Shown piece by piece: positions 32,923 to 41,156 of a DNA stretch of 41,156 bases. The DNA is taken from the UHGV virus genome UHGV-0247579. One strand, given 5' to 3'. The notes below the pieces were generated by a model, which saw only the letters and a list, made by a program, of their open reading frames with translations, was not told the origin of the DNA and searched no databases. Position 1 is the stretch's first letter, and every line of letters starts with the position of its first letter. Origin of the DNA: a virus. The position numbers were made by a program, and so were the translations under genes.

Positions 32923-35793
32923 TTGGAAAAGGCACTGTCCGGTGTTGACAAAAAACTATACGGTGTAGAACAGTCATTAAAAGATGTCAATAAATTGCTG
33001 AAGCTGGATCCCACGAATACGGAATTGCTGAATCAGAAGCAGAAGTTGCTGCAGCAGTCGATCAGTGAAACGAAAAATAGGCTGGAAACTTTAAAACAGG
33101 CAAGTGAACAGGCAGCAAAAACCGCCGGAAATTATGATGCTTGGAAAGAGGCGTATACTCCGATTCAAGAGGAGATTGTAAAGACCAACGAAAAAATGGA
33201 CAAGCTCAAAAAGAGCATGAAGTCTATGGAAGAAAGTGGTCAGATTGATACGGAAGAGTACAAAAAACTGCAGACAGAGGTAGACCAATCGTCTGATAAA
33301 CTGAAAGAACTGAAAGCACAGAAAAAGCAAGTAGATGATGAATTTGGACAGCCGATCAGTCCAGAAGGATTCGATTCTCTTCAAAGAGAGATTGTTGAGA
33401 CAGAACAGAAACTGAAATCACTAAAAGAGACTACAGGAAGTGCAAGTGCGAATCTTGCAAAAGTATCTGCGGTATCCGGAGAGTTTGGAAATAAGGTCAA
33501 AGGAGTCGGACAATCCTTGCTGCCAGTAACGGGGGCACTGACCGGTGTAGGGGCTGCATCCACTGTTATGGCAAATAATTTCAACGATGCAATGAGTCAG
33601 GCGGCGGGAGCACTTGATAAGACCATGTCTGAAATGGAAGATCTAAGACAGCTTGCAATCCAGACCGGACAGGATACCGTCTTTTCCGCAACAGATGCAG
33701 GGAATGCGATCACAGAACTGGCAAAAGGTGGTTTGACAGAAGCCGACATTAAAGCAGGGGCATTAAAAACTACAATGGACCTTGCGGCATCTTCCGGGAT
33801 GGATCTTGGAGAGGCAGCAAATGTTGTCGTACAGGCAATGGGAGCGTTTGGTCTGTCTGCAAATGAGTCTGCAGAAGCGGCAAACGCTTTGGCCGGGGCA
33901 GCAGCTGCATCTTCTACGGATGTAGAACCTCTCACACAGGCACTGGCACAGTGTTCTGCTGGAGCAAAAAACGCTGGATGGTCTATACAGGAAACAACAG
34001 CGGTTTTGGCTCGTTTTGCAGATGCGGGAATTGAGGGAAGCGATGCGGGAACATCTTTAAAAACCATGCTCCAGAGGCTGGCGGCACCAACAGATAGCGC
34101 TGCAACAATGATTGAACAGCTTGGAATACAGACAAGAGATTCCAATGGGGATCTCCTTGGAGCTTCAGAGATTGCTGAGGAGTTGCAGAATAAACTTGGA
34201 GGTTTGGATTCGGCATCCAGAGATGCGGCGTTATCGACAATCTTCGGATCCGATGCAATGCGAGCCGCTACTGTGATGATGAATAGCGGAACTGAGGGGC
34301 TTCAAAAATATATCGACGCGGCAAATGATCAGGAAGCAGCACAAAGGCTGGCGAATTCTCAGATGAGTGATGGATCAAGAGCAATCGAGGAATTAAAAGG
34401 ATCTCTGGAAACCGCAGCGATTCAGATCGGAGATACACTGGCACCAATTGTCCAGAAGGTAGCAGAACTTATTACCGCACTTGTCAATAAATTTTCAGCA
34501 CTACCGGAAGGCGTGCAACAGGTGATTGTAGTAGTCGGAATTCTGGTTGCAGCATTAGGACCACTACTGATGGTAATCGGCCAGATATCACTCGGGATAT
34601 CTGCGGTGGCAGGAGCACTGTCGAAGTTGTCTGGAAACGGAGGAGTTGCGACAAAGTTGGTCGGCGGAATTAAAACAGCGGTGACCGGACTACTTGGAAT
34701 GATAACGGCACATCCTGTAATTGCGGTTATTACAGCAATTATAGCGGCGCTGGTTACTTTGTATAATAAATGCGAATGGTTTCGAGAAGGCGTGAACAGA
34801 ATTTTAAAGGCAATCAGGGATGGATTTTTTGCAGCATGGGATGGAATTGTAGAATTTTTTACAGAAACGATTCCCAATGCATGGAATGAGATGTTATCGT
34901 CATTGCTTGCCAATCCAACGATAAGAACAATCGTAACAACCATTACAGATTCTTTTACGAAATTAAAAGAGAATTTAAATGGGATCTGGAACGGAATTAA
35001 GCAACTTGCACAAAATGCATGGGAATTCATCAAAAACGCTACACTTGCACCAGTACTATTGATGATTGATCTGGTGACTGGAGATTTTGAAAAATTAAAA
35101 TCGGATCTGGAGAATATTTTAAATAATATCAAAAATGCAGTTGCGAATATTTGGGATTCCATCAAGGAGATTACATCAAATATTTGGAATGAAATTAAAA
35201 ATGTGGTATCCACATTGGTATCTCTGGTAAAAGAAACTGCGATCAGTGGGTTTGAAGCATTACGAGATGGAATTAAAAATGCAATCCGGGAACTTCCGAA
35301 AATTGTAAGTGATATTTTCGAAAAAATTGGATCCACAATTTCCGGGTGGATCGATAATGCCTGGGAATGGGGAGCGGATTTTATCAATGGATTGAAAGAA
35401 GGAATATTATCTGGAGTTCGTGGGATTGTGGATGCAGTAAAAGGGATCGGAGATAAGATTCGATCTTTCTTACATTTTTCAAGACCGGATGAAGGTCCTT
35501 TGAGAGATTATGAAACATGGATGCCGGATTTTATCGATGGAATGGTAAAAGGAATCAATGAGAATGTGTACAAGGTTTCCAATGCGGTAAAAAGAGTTGC
35601 CAAGACGATGAGTGAGAGTATGTACGGAGGAACTCCAGCTCTGGCAAGTGCTACACAGACTAACATTGTTTTGAACAATAATGTCGGTGTGCAAATTGGA
35701 AATCAAAAGCTTGATTCTTATATTGTAGAAACAGCCAAAAAAGGATTTACATCTCAAGTACATCACGCAAAAAGAGGAAAGGGGAGACGGTAA
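32923..35793 (+). CDS. Tail tape measure protein (TP901 family). Start probably upstream of the TTG at 32923
   Basis: Core TMP motifs (…AASSGMDLGEAANVVVQAMGAFGL…ALSTIFGSDAMRAATVMM…) and W-rich C-terminal repeats. The upstream in-frame IKGITIEIGGDTSKLEKAL is the typical TMP N-terminus. Confidence 0.9.
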   Translation: MEKALSGVDKKLYGVEQSLKDVNKLLKLDPTNTELLNQKQKLLQQSISETKNRLETLKQASEQAAKTAGNYDAWKEAYTPIQEEIVKTNEKMDKLKKSMKSMEESGQIDTEEYKKLQTEVDQSSDKLKELKAQKKQVDDEFGQPISPEGFDSLQREIVETEQKLKSLKETTGSASANLAKVSAVSGEFGNKVKGVGQSLLPVTGALTGVGAASTVMANNFNDAMSQAAGALDKTMSEMEDLRQLAIQTGQDTVFSATDAGNAITELAKGGLTEADIKAGALKTTMDLAASSGMDLGEAANVVVQAMGAFGLSANESAEAANALAGAAAASSTDVEPLTQALAQCSAGAKNAGWSIQETTAVLARFADAGIEGSDAGTSLKTMLQRLAAPTDSAATMIEQLGIQTRDSNGDLLGASEIAEELQNKLGGLDSASRDAALSTIFGSDAMRAATVMMNSGTEGLQKYIDAANDQEAAQRLANSQMSDGSRAIEELKGSLETAAIQIGDTLAPIVQKVAELITALVNKFSALPEGVQQVIVVVGILVAALGPLLMVIGQISLGISAVAGALSKLSGNGGVATKLVGGIKTAVTGLLGMITAHPVIAVITAIIAALVTLYNKCEWFREGVNRILKAIRDGFFAAWDGIVEFFTETIPNAWNEMLSSLLANPTIRTIVTTITDSFTKLKENLNGIWNGIKQLAQNAWEFIKNATLAPVLLMIDLVTGDFEKLKSDLENILNNIKNAVANIWDSIKEITSNIWNEIKNVVSTLVSLVKETAISGFEALRDGIKNAIRELPKIVSDIFEKIGSTISGWIDNAWEWGADFINGLKEGILSGVRGIVDAVKGIGDKIRSFLHFSRPDEGPLRDYETWMPDFIDGMVKGINENVYKVSNAVKRVAKTMSESMYGGTPALASATQTNIVLNNNVGVQIGNQKLDSYIVETAKKGFTSQVHHAKRGKGRR

Positions 35794-36492
35794 ATGTATG
35801 AAATTATCAGAAACGGCCATACAAATACAGAAATAGGAATACTTGTACGAGAAAGACCGTCTATCCCTTCGGCAGAGTATAACTATACGGAATTGAACAT
35901 ACCGGGAAGAGATGGGAGCATATTCAAAGAAGATGGAACTGTGAGCGACATTACAATCACAGTTCCATTTACATTTGCAGAAAATCCTCAAAGGTGGCAG
36001 GAGCGATTTCGGACTGCGAGAAGATGGCTCATGAGAAAAGATGATACAGAACTGATTTTAAGCGATGAACTGGAGTACTTCTATCATGTAAAACATACTA
36101 AGATCAATGCGGCAGAACGGCAAGTAAAAGAGGTCGGAGAGTTTGATGTAGAATTTACGTGTGAGGGATACCGATATCGAACAGATGGAAAAGCAGAATA
36201 TACACCGGAAGAGGTGTTTTACAATCCATATGACAGATCAAGACCAGTCTATTTGATCACAGGTGAAGGTGAGTGCATCCTGCAGGTAAACGGAAGTCAA
36301 ATGAAAGCGAATGTTGGCCAGAATCTGGTGATTGATACAGACAGGCTGATGGCATACAGAAAAGATGGAAAATTGATGAACACATCTGTGTATGGAGATT
36401 ATGCAGAACTACATCTTTTACCGGGAGAGAATACCGTGTATATCTCAAGAGGATTTGATCTGAAAGTGATTCCGAACTGGAGGTGCTTATAA
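35794..36492 (+). CDS. Distal tail protein (Dit)
   Basis: 232 aa immediately after the TMP, with a siphovirus Dit-like sequence. Confidence 0.7.
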   Translation: MYEIIRNGHTNTEIGILVRERPSIPSAEYNYTELNIPGRDGSIFKEDGTVSDITITVPFTFAENPQRWQERFRTARRWLMRKDDTELILSDELEYFYHVKHTKINAAERQVKEVGEFDVEFTCEGYRYRTDGKAEYTPEEVFYNPYDRSRPVYLITGEGECILQVNGSQMKANVGQNLVIDTDRLMAYRKDGKLMNTSVYGDYAELHLLPGENTVYISRGFDLKVIPNWRCL

Positions 36493-38336
36493 GGATAGAA
36501 CTTTATAAACCAGGAAATACGGATTATGAACATAACGGTGATATGCCATTACTTCCGGAGAGCGCTTCTGTAAAAGCAATACTAAACGGAAGTTGGAAAG
36601 CGGAGATTCAGCACCCGATCGATGAAGAGGGACGTTGGAAGTGGATAGAAGAGGACGCAGTCGTAAAACTGGAGTCATTCAATGGAACACAGTTATTTCG
36701 GATCAAAAAGAAAGCAAAATCAGATGCTGGCGTGAGTGCAGAACTGGAACCGGTTTTTATGGATGCGATTGATGATTGTTTTCTGTTGGATATACGTCCA
36801 ACGGAAAAAAACGGGCAGCAGGCACTGGACATCATGACCGCACCAAATAAAAAGTACAGTGGAAAATCTAATATCAAAATAATATCAACAGCATATTACC
36901 AGACAAAGAACCTGATCGAAGCAATCTGCGGAGAAGAGGAGAACTCCTTCCTGAACAGATGGGGCGGTGAGGTTCTTTTTGATAATTATACGATCACCGT
37001 CAATGACCGAGTTGGAATCGATCATGGGGTGCAGGTTTTATACGGGAAAAACATTGCGGAAAACGGGCTGCAGGAAGAGATTGATACCAGCGAGGTCATT
37101 ACAAGGATTGTACCAAAGGCATATAACGGATACATGATAGAGGGGAATGAACCATGGGTGGACTCACCACTGCTTGATAAATATCCAACAATAAAATACG
37201 GAGTGATCACATTTGAAGATGTGAAGATGAAGGCCGATGCTGCGGAAGATGACGAAGAGAACGGAATCGTGATCTGCAATACACAGGAAGAACTGAACAA
37301 TGCGTTAAAAGAAAAATGCGAGGAACAGTTTGAAGCTGGAATTGACAAGCCGAAGGTTACGATATCCGCTGATATGGTTATGCTGCATGATACGGAATTG
37401 TACGCGGATATCCGGGAACTGGAAGAAGTTTCTATCGGAGACACGGTACATTGTCGTCACAGCAAACTGGATATTGTAACAGATGCACGTGTCATAGAAC
37501 TGGAATGGGATTGCATCAATGAAGAGGTTGCATCTGTTGTGTTGGGAGACTTTCAATATAATTTCATTGCGGATGTATCAAGTATGTCAAATCGGATAGA
37601 AAGTGCAATCCGACCGGATGGCACTGTGATAGGAGCACAGGTCAACGGCATCATAAACGGAGTGAAAGCACAGTTTCGGGCGCAGTCCGACATCGCACAA
37701 AAACAGAAAGTACGCGCTGTTTTATTTGAAGATTTGAATCCGGAGTCGGAAACGTTTGGAGCAATGTGCCTTGGTACAATGGGGTTCGAGATTGCCAGTA
37801 AAAGAACTGCAGATGGAAGAGACTGGGACTGGTCCACCTTTGGAACAGGACAGGGATTCTTTGCTGATTTTATCACAGCAGGAACAATGCTGGCTGATCG
37901 GATCAGAGGTGGAACATTGGAAATCGGAGGATTTGACAATAATAGTGGCATTGCAAGGGTGCTGGATGCAAGCGGGAAAGAAATAGTCAGACTGGATAAA
38001 GATGGAATTTACGCAGAAGGGAAATATATCTGCGATTCTTTGAGCGATAATCGGCGTGTGACAATAAAGGACGGAACAATATCATTTTCAAACAAAAAGG
38101 ATGAGGGCGTTCTTTGTATGACGTATGTTGGAAATGCACTGTTATTCACCGATGGAAACAAAGAAGACAGCAAAAACTTACTAAGGATCACGAAGGATGC
38201 GGTTCTGTTAGATGCGGAAAACGTTGGACCCGGAGTTTATGGAAAGACTGGAACTGCAGTTTTTTCGAATGGGACAAATCTAAGGTTTGAAAAAGGATTT
38301 CTTGTGGGTGGAATCACGAAAGAAGGTGATTTCTGA
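36483..38336 (+). CDS. Tail-associated protein (Tal; Prophage_tail-family N-terminus)
   Basis: 617 aa with the N-terminal MLIRIELYKP...LNGSW...FRI pattern of the phage minor structural protein N-terminal region. Position after Dit. Confidence 0.7.
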   Translation: MLIRIELYKPGNTDYEHNGDMPLLPESASVKAILNGSWKAEIQHPIDEEGRWKWIEEDAVVKLESFNGTQLFRIKKKAKSDAGVSAELEPVFMDAIDDCFLLDIRPTEKNGQQALDIMTAPNKKYSGKSNIKIISTAYYQTKNLIEAICGEEENSFLNRWGGEVLFDNYTITVNDRVGIDHGVQVLYGKNIAENGLQEEIDTSEVITRIVPKAYNGYMIEGNEPWVDSPLLDKYPTIKYGVITFEDVKMKADAAEDDEENGIVICNTQEELNNALKEKCEEQFEAGIDKPKVTISADMVMLHDTELYADIRELEEVSIGDTVHCRHSKLDIVTDARVIELEWDCINEEVASVVLGDFQYNFIADVSSMSNRIESAIRPDGTVIGAQVNGIINGVKAQFRAQSDIAQKQKVRAVLFEDLNPESETFGAMCLGTMGFEIASKRTADGRDWDWSTFGTGQGFFADFITAGTMLADRIRGGTLEIGGFDNNSGIARVLDASGKEIVRLDKDGIYAEGKYICDSLSDNRRVTIKDGTISFSNKKDEGVLCMTYVGNALLFTDGNKEDSKNLLRITKDAVLLDAENVGPGVYGKTGTAVFSNGTNLRFEKGFLVGGITKEGDF

Positions 38337-39334
38337 TGTCATGGACGATAGGAAACTTTTATCTGACCACAGAGCAGATGCAGGGGAATGCAAGAGAAGT
38401 ACTAAGTTTTTTTGAACAAAAAGGATGGTCGCTGAATGCTATTGCTGGGATATGCGGCAACATGCAAAGTGAATCGAACATCAATCCCGGAATCTGGCAA
38501 AGCCTGCAGGAGGGAAACTATAGTGGAGGTTTTGGACTGGTACAGTGGACACCGGCAACAAATTATACAAATTGGGCAGGTGCGAACGGATATGGAATTA
38601 CGGATCCAAACGGTCAGCTTACATGGATAGATTCTGTTACAGTTTCTTTTGGTCAGTGGATTGCAACCGATGCATATCCGCTGTCGTTCGATCAGTTTAA
38701 GGTCAGCGGAGAATCACCGGAATATCTGGCATCTGCATTTTTGAAAAACTTTGAACGTGCAGGCGTAGAAGTGGAAGCCGAGAGGCGGCAGCAGGCAAGA
38801 TATTGGTACAACTACCTGAGTCAATATGCAGGAGGATCTGAAAAAATAGAAGCTGCGGTAAACTGGGCGATTCAAATCGCAAATGATAACAGTCACGGAT
38901 ATGATCAGACAAACCGCTGGGGACCGGATTACGATTGCTCCTCGTTATTGATTCAGGCGTGGGAAAATGCCGGGGTTCCGGTAAAAAGCAATGGGGCAAC
39001 CTACACCGGCAATATGCGGGAAATATTTTTGAATTGCGGTTTTACGGATGTGACAGGGCAGATAAATCTGGCAACAGGATCCGGTGTACAAAGAGGGGAT
39101 ATCCTTCTGAACATCGTAAACCATACTGCAATGGGAATTGGAAATGGACAGGTTGTGCAGGCCAGCCAAAATGAATTTGGCGGAACAACCGGCGGCCAGA
39201 CTGGTGATCAGACAGGAGAGGAAATTTGGACAACCGGATACTATAACTATCCGTGGGACTGTGTGCTGCGATACAAAAGCGGTGGAGGTGTGTTGCCGGG
39301 AGACGTTTACCTCGTTAGGTGGATACCAGGATAA
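38336..39334 (+). CDS. Tail-borne peptidoglycan hydrolase: phage tail lysozyme domain + NlpC/P60 (Cys-His) peptidase domain
   Basis: N-terminus AGICGNMQSESNINPGIWQ...GGFGLVQWTP. C-terminus GPDYDCSSLLIQAWENAG...GDILL...HTAMGIGNGQVVQAS. Confidence 0.8.
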   Translation: MSWTIGNFYLTTEQMQGNAREVLSFFEQKGWSLNAIAGICGNMQSESNINPGIWQSLQEGNYSGGFGLVQWTPATNYTNWAGANGYGITDPNGQLTWIDSVTVSFGQWIATDAYPLSFDQFKVSGESPEYLASAFLKNFERAGVEVEAERRQQARYWYNYLSQYAGGSEKIEAAVNWAIQIANDNSHGYDQTNRWGPDYDCSSLLIQAWENAGVPVKSNGATYTGNMREIFLNCGFTDVTGQINLATGSGVQRGDILLNIVNHTAMGIGNGQVVQASQNEFGGTTGGQTGDQTGEEIWTTGYYNYPWDCVLRYKSGGGVLPGDVYLVRWIPG

Positions 39335-39349
39335 GAAAGAAGGTGTGAT

Positions 39350-40447
39350 ATGGAAACAACGACAACTTTATACATTGACGTGAGAAACCCGGGAATTATG
39401 CAAACAATCTATGCAGTACAGTACGATTCGGGCAGACTTCTGCGCTGTATGATTTCCGGAATGGCAAAGACAATCAGTAAGGCCAGGATTTATTGTAAGA
39501 AACCAAGCGGATCAGAAACTTACACAGAAGGAACCGTGATAAGCAATTATTGCGTCCTGTTCAGTTTGACGCCGCAAATGGTTGCAGAAGTGGGAAATAC
39601 GGAATGCCAGCTACATTTGATTGATGGTAGCAATGCTGTCACATCATTCAAAGTGAAGATGGAGGTCCGAGAAAACTTAGTGGCTGCATCCGAAATACAG
39701 TCAACCAGTGAATATCAGGCACTAGTAGACATACTAAATCGTTTGGAGAAGTATGATCCGATTGAAATTACAACGATTGAAATAGATTCTCTGCAGTCAG
39801 GAACCATAGAAAGTGGAAGCATTGCTTTAAACGTGCAAAAGATTTATGCCTCTGTAGGACAGATGAATGCAGGATTTGAAACCGATGGTCTTCCGGAAAA
39901 TGCGATTGTGATGATAAGTACCGGTAACCCGGATGATGCAGATAATGCCAAGGTTTATAGAAAGGGCGCAACTGGATATGAGTACATGGTAGATTTATCC
40001 GGTGCAACAGGGGCTAAAGGAGAGAAAGGGGATCCTGGTCCAAGAGGAGAAAAAGGGATTCAGGGGGATCCAGGGAAAGATGGAACGGGTGTTACTATAC
40101 TGGGTTCCTATAAAACAGAAGAGGAATTGAACAGAGAACATCCAACAGGAAATGCGGGCGAATCCTATCTGGTAGATGGAAATCTATATGTATGGGACAA
40201 CGTATCTGGCCAGTGGAAAAATGTAGGACGTATTCAGGGTCCGGAAGGACCGGCAGGAAAAGCAGCAACAATACGGATCGGAACTACTACGACCGGGGAG
40301 GCCGGAACAGAGGCGTCTGTTGAAAATTCGGGTACAGAAACAGAGGCGGTATTTGATTTCGAAATTCCCCGGGGTGATTCCGGGGAAGTAACAGGGATAG
40401 AGGGGATTCCGAATTCGGATATCGATTCGCTTGGAGGAGGCGCATAA
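39350..40447 (+). CDS. BppU-type N-terminal domain + collagen-like tail fibre / upper baseplate protein
   Basis: N-terminus METTTTLYIDVRN... (BppU_N-like). G-X-Y tracts (GATGAKGEKGDPGPRGEKGIQGDPGKDGTG; GPEGPAGKAA). Paralogous block NAKVYRKGATGYEYMVDLSGATG. Confidence 0.7.
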   Translation: METTTTLYIDVRNPGIMQTIYAVQYDSGRLLRCMISGMAKTISKARIYCKKPSGSETYTEGTVISNYCVLFSLTPQMVAEVGNTECQLHLIDGSNAVTSFKVKMEVRENLVAASEIQSTSEYQALVDILNRLEKYDPIEITTIEIDSLQSGTIESGSIALNVQKIYASVGQMNAGFETDGLPENAIVMISTGNPDDADNAKVYRKGATGYEYMVDLSGATGAKGEKGDPGPRGEKGIQGDPGKDGTGVTILGSYKTEEELNREHPTGNAGESYLVDGNLYVWDNVSGQWKNVGRIQGPEGPAGKAATIRIGTTTTGEAGTEASVENSGTETEAVFDFEIPRGDSGEVTGIEGIPNSDIDSLGGGA

Positions 40448-40449
40448 GA

Positions 40450-41025
40450 ATGATAATTGCAGTATTTGATGGATGCTCCAAGCGAGTAGATATCGATGGA
40501 AAACTTACACAATGGGACTACGGACAGGTTTTACAGATTTGTGGAATGGAAGTAGAAGAGGAACAAATACAAGTGCATTTCACTGACAAATGTACGAATG
40601 GTGCATTGGTGGTACTTGGGAAAGTGGAAGACGGTGACATCACAGTTGACATACCAAATGAATTACTGAAAAGAAGTGGAACAATCCAGGCATATGTATA
40701 TAAGACTATTCCGGGAGAAGGAAAGACCATATTTGAGATTCGGTTAAGTGTAAAAGCACGAAAAAAGCCAGAAGATTATGAAGCTCCAGCGGATAAACAT
40801 GCACTGGAACAGATCGTGGAGCAGTTAAAGCAAAAAGGAGACGGGCTGCAGTTAGAGGGGAATCAACTGCAGCTTTTGTCGGGTAATGATCCAATTAGTT
40901 CCGTAAATCTGCCAAACAGCGGCGGGACTGTGGAGATAGAGTCGATCACCAATCCGGAGATTGACGAGATTATGAAAGGAGCAGAGCGAAAATGCCAAGA
41001 AAAAAAGCAACAGAAGCAGCAGTGA
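40450..41025 (+). CDS. Hypothetical tail protein (191 aa) ending ...ITNPEIDEIM...
   Basis: ORF with an ATG 3 nt after the previous stop. Shares the C-terminal motif with the neighbouring fibre genes. Confidence 0.5.
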   Translation: MIIAVFDGCSKRVDIDGKLTQWDYGQVLQICGMEVEEEQIQVHFTDKCTNGALVVLGKVEDGDITVDIPNELLKRSGTIQAYVYKTIPGEGKTIFEIRLSVKARKKPEDYEAPADKHALEQIVEQLKQKGDGLQLEGNQLQLLSGNDPISSVNLPNSGGTVEIESITNPEIDEIMKGAERKCQEKKQQKQQ

Positions 41026-41156
41026 TCGCTGCAGAAAAGAAGTACCTGGATCAGGATGGACTTGCACACCTGGTACAGAAGAATGATGAGAGATACGTAA
41101 AGAAGGAGGTAGGAAAAGGTTTATCCAGCAATGATTTTTCGGATGAGTACAAGAAA
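40992..41156 (+). CDS. Tail fibre protein, N-terminal part (3' end beyond the window; probably continues into 1..600 if the molecule is circular)
   Basis: RBS AAGGAG 10 nt before the ATG. Encodes ...VKKEVGKGLSSNDFSDEYKK. The ORF is open to the last base and ends on a complete codon. Confidence 0.55.
   Translation, partial: MPRKKATEAAVIAAEKKYLDQDGLAHLVQKNDERYVKKEVGKGLSSNDFSDEYKK

Noticed and set aside
33597-35387. Long antisense ORFs 33597..34145(-) and 34422..35387(-) inside the tape measure gene
   Set aside because: Ala/Ser-rich and Ile/Phe-rich mirror frames of a repetitive TMP sequence. No start context. TMP identity on the + strand is unambiguous.
1-41156. Alternative reading: two tandem prophages (tail/lysis end of one abutting int of the next) in a bacterial chromosome
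   Set aside because: Not excluded, but the module set is exactly one non-redundant phage genome. The fibre genes at both window ends are paralogous and contiguous in frame, and no bacterial housekeeping gene or tRNA-attB context is visible. A single circular or permuted genome is the simpler explanation.
1-41156. CRISPR arrays, rRNA genes, insertion sequences/transposases
   Set aside because: No array of short regularly spaced direct repeats, no rRNA-like conserved segments, and no transposase-like ORFs or terminal inverted repeats bounding a mobile element were seen. The only recombinase is the phage serine integrase.

Overview
This 41,156-bp window reads as a near-complete, circularly permuted temperate siphovirus genome of low-GC Firmicutes (Clostridia) type, not a chromosomal segment. 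Almost every ORF is phage-like, and a large serine recombinase at 6217..7749 (-) has phage genes on both sides. The last ORF (40992..41156) runs off the window end in the same codon phase in which the first ORF (1..600) enters it, as expected if the window is a circle opened inside one tail-fibre gene.

Gene order across the window:
- Tail fibres and receptor-binding genes: collagen-like fibres and a Listeria-Bacteroides (Flg_new) repeat protein at 1..3474.
- Lysis cassette at 3485..5964: XhlA-like protein, holin, then an inserted hicAB toxin-antitoxin pair and small ORFs, then an Amidase_2 endolysin.
- A candidate attP gap at 6001..6216, followed by the serine integrase at 6217..7749 (-).
- A lysogeny-side accessory island on the minus strand at 7937..10567: a DUF4258 / YgiT zinc-finger TA-like pair, an Uma2 endonuclease and an unknown 387-aa membrane-anchored protein.
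- An ImmA / XRE-repressor (ImmR-like) lysogeny switch with a divergent Cro-type gene at 10632..11981.
- An AT-rich mosaic of small ORFs on both strands (12106..14320), punctuated by three copies of a junction repeat derived from the 3' end of an HTH gene.
- A replication region: pC194-family rolling-circle Rep with an upstream CTTGATA nick motif and a 13-bp inverted repeat, a catalytically degenerate RNase H-like protein, a PcfJ-like protein, an HNH nuclease and an SSB-like protein.
- An ArpU-like late regulator, two tRNA-like genes and a second HNH, then terS(P27) / terL(Terminase_1) / portal / ClpP-like protease / HK97-fold capsid with a C-terminal Ig-like domain / connectors.
- Major tail protein, a tail chaperone with an A9G -1 frameshift site, a TP901-family tape measure, Dit, Tal, a tail lysozyme+NlpC/P60 lysin and BppU/collagen-like fibres.

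No rRNA, CRISPR array or IS element was seen. A 14-bp perfect palindrome GTGCGACATCGCAC recurs four times, plus one degenerate copy. Coordinates derived by hand (promoters, repeats, tRNAs, internal starts) are approximate to a few nt.
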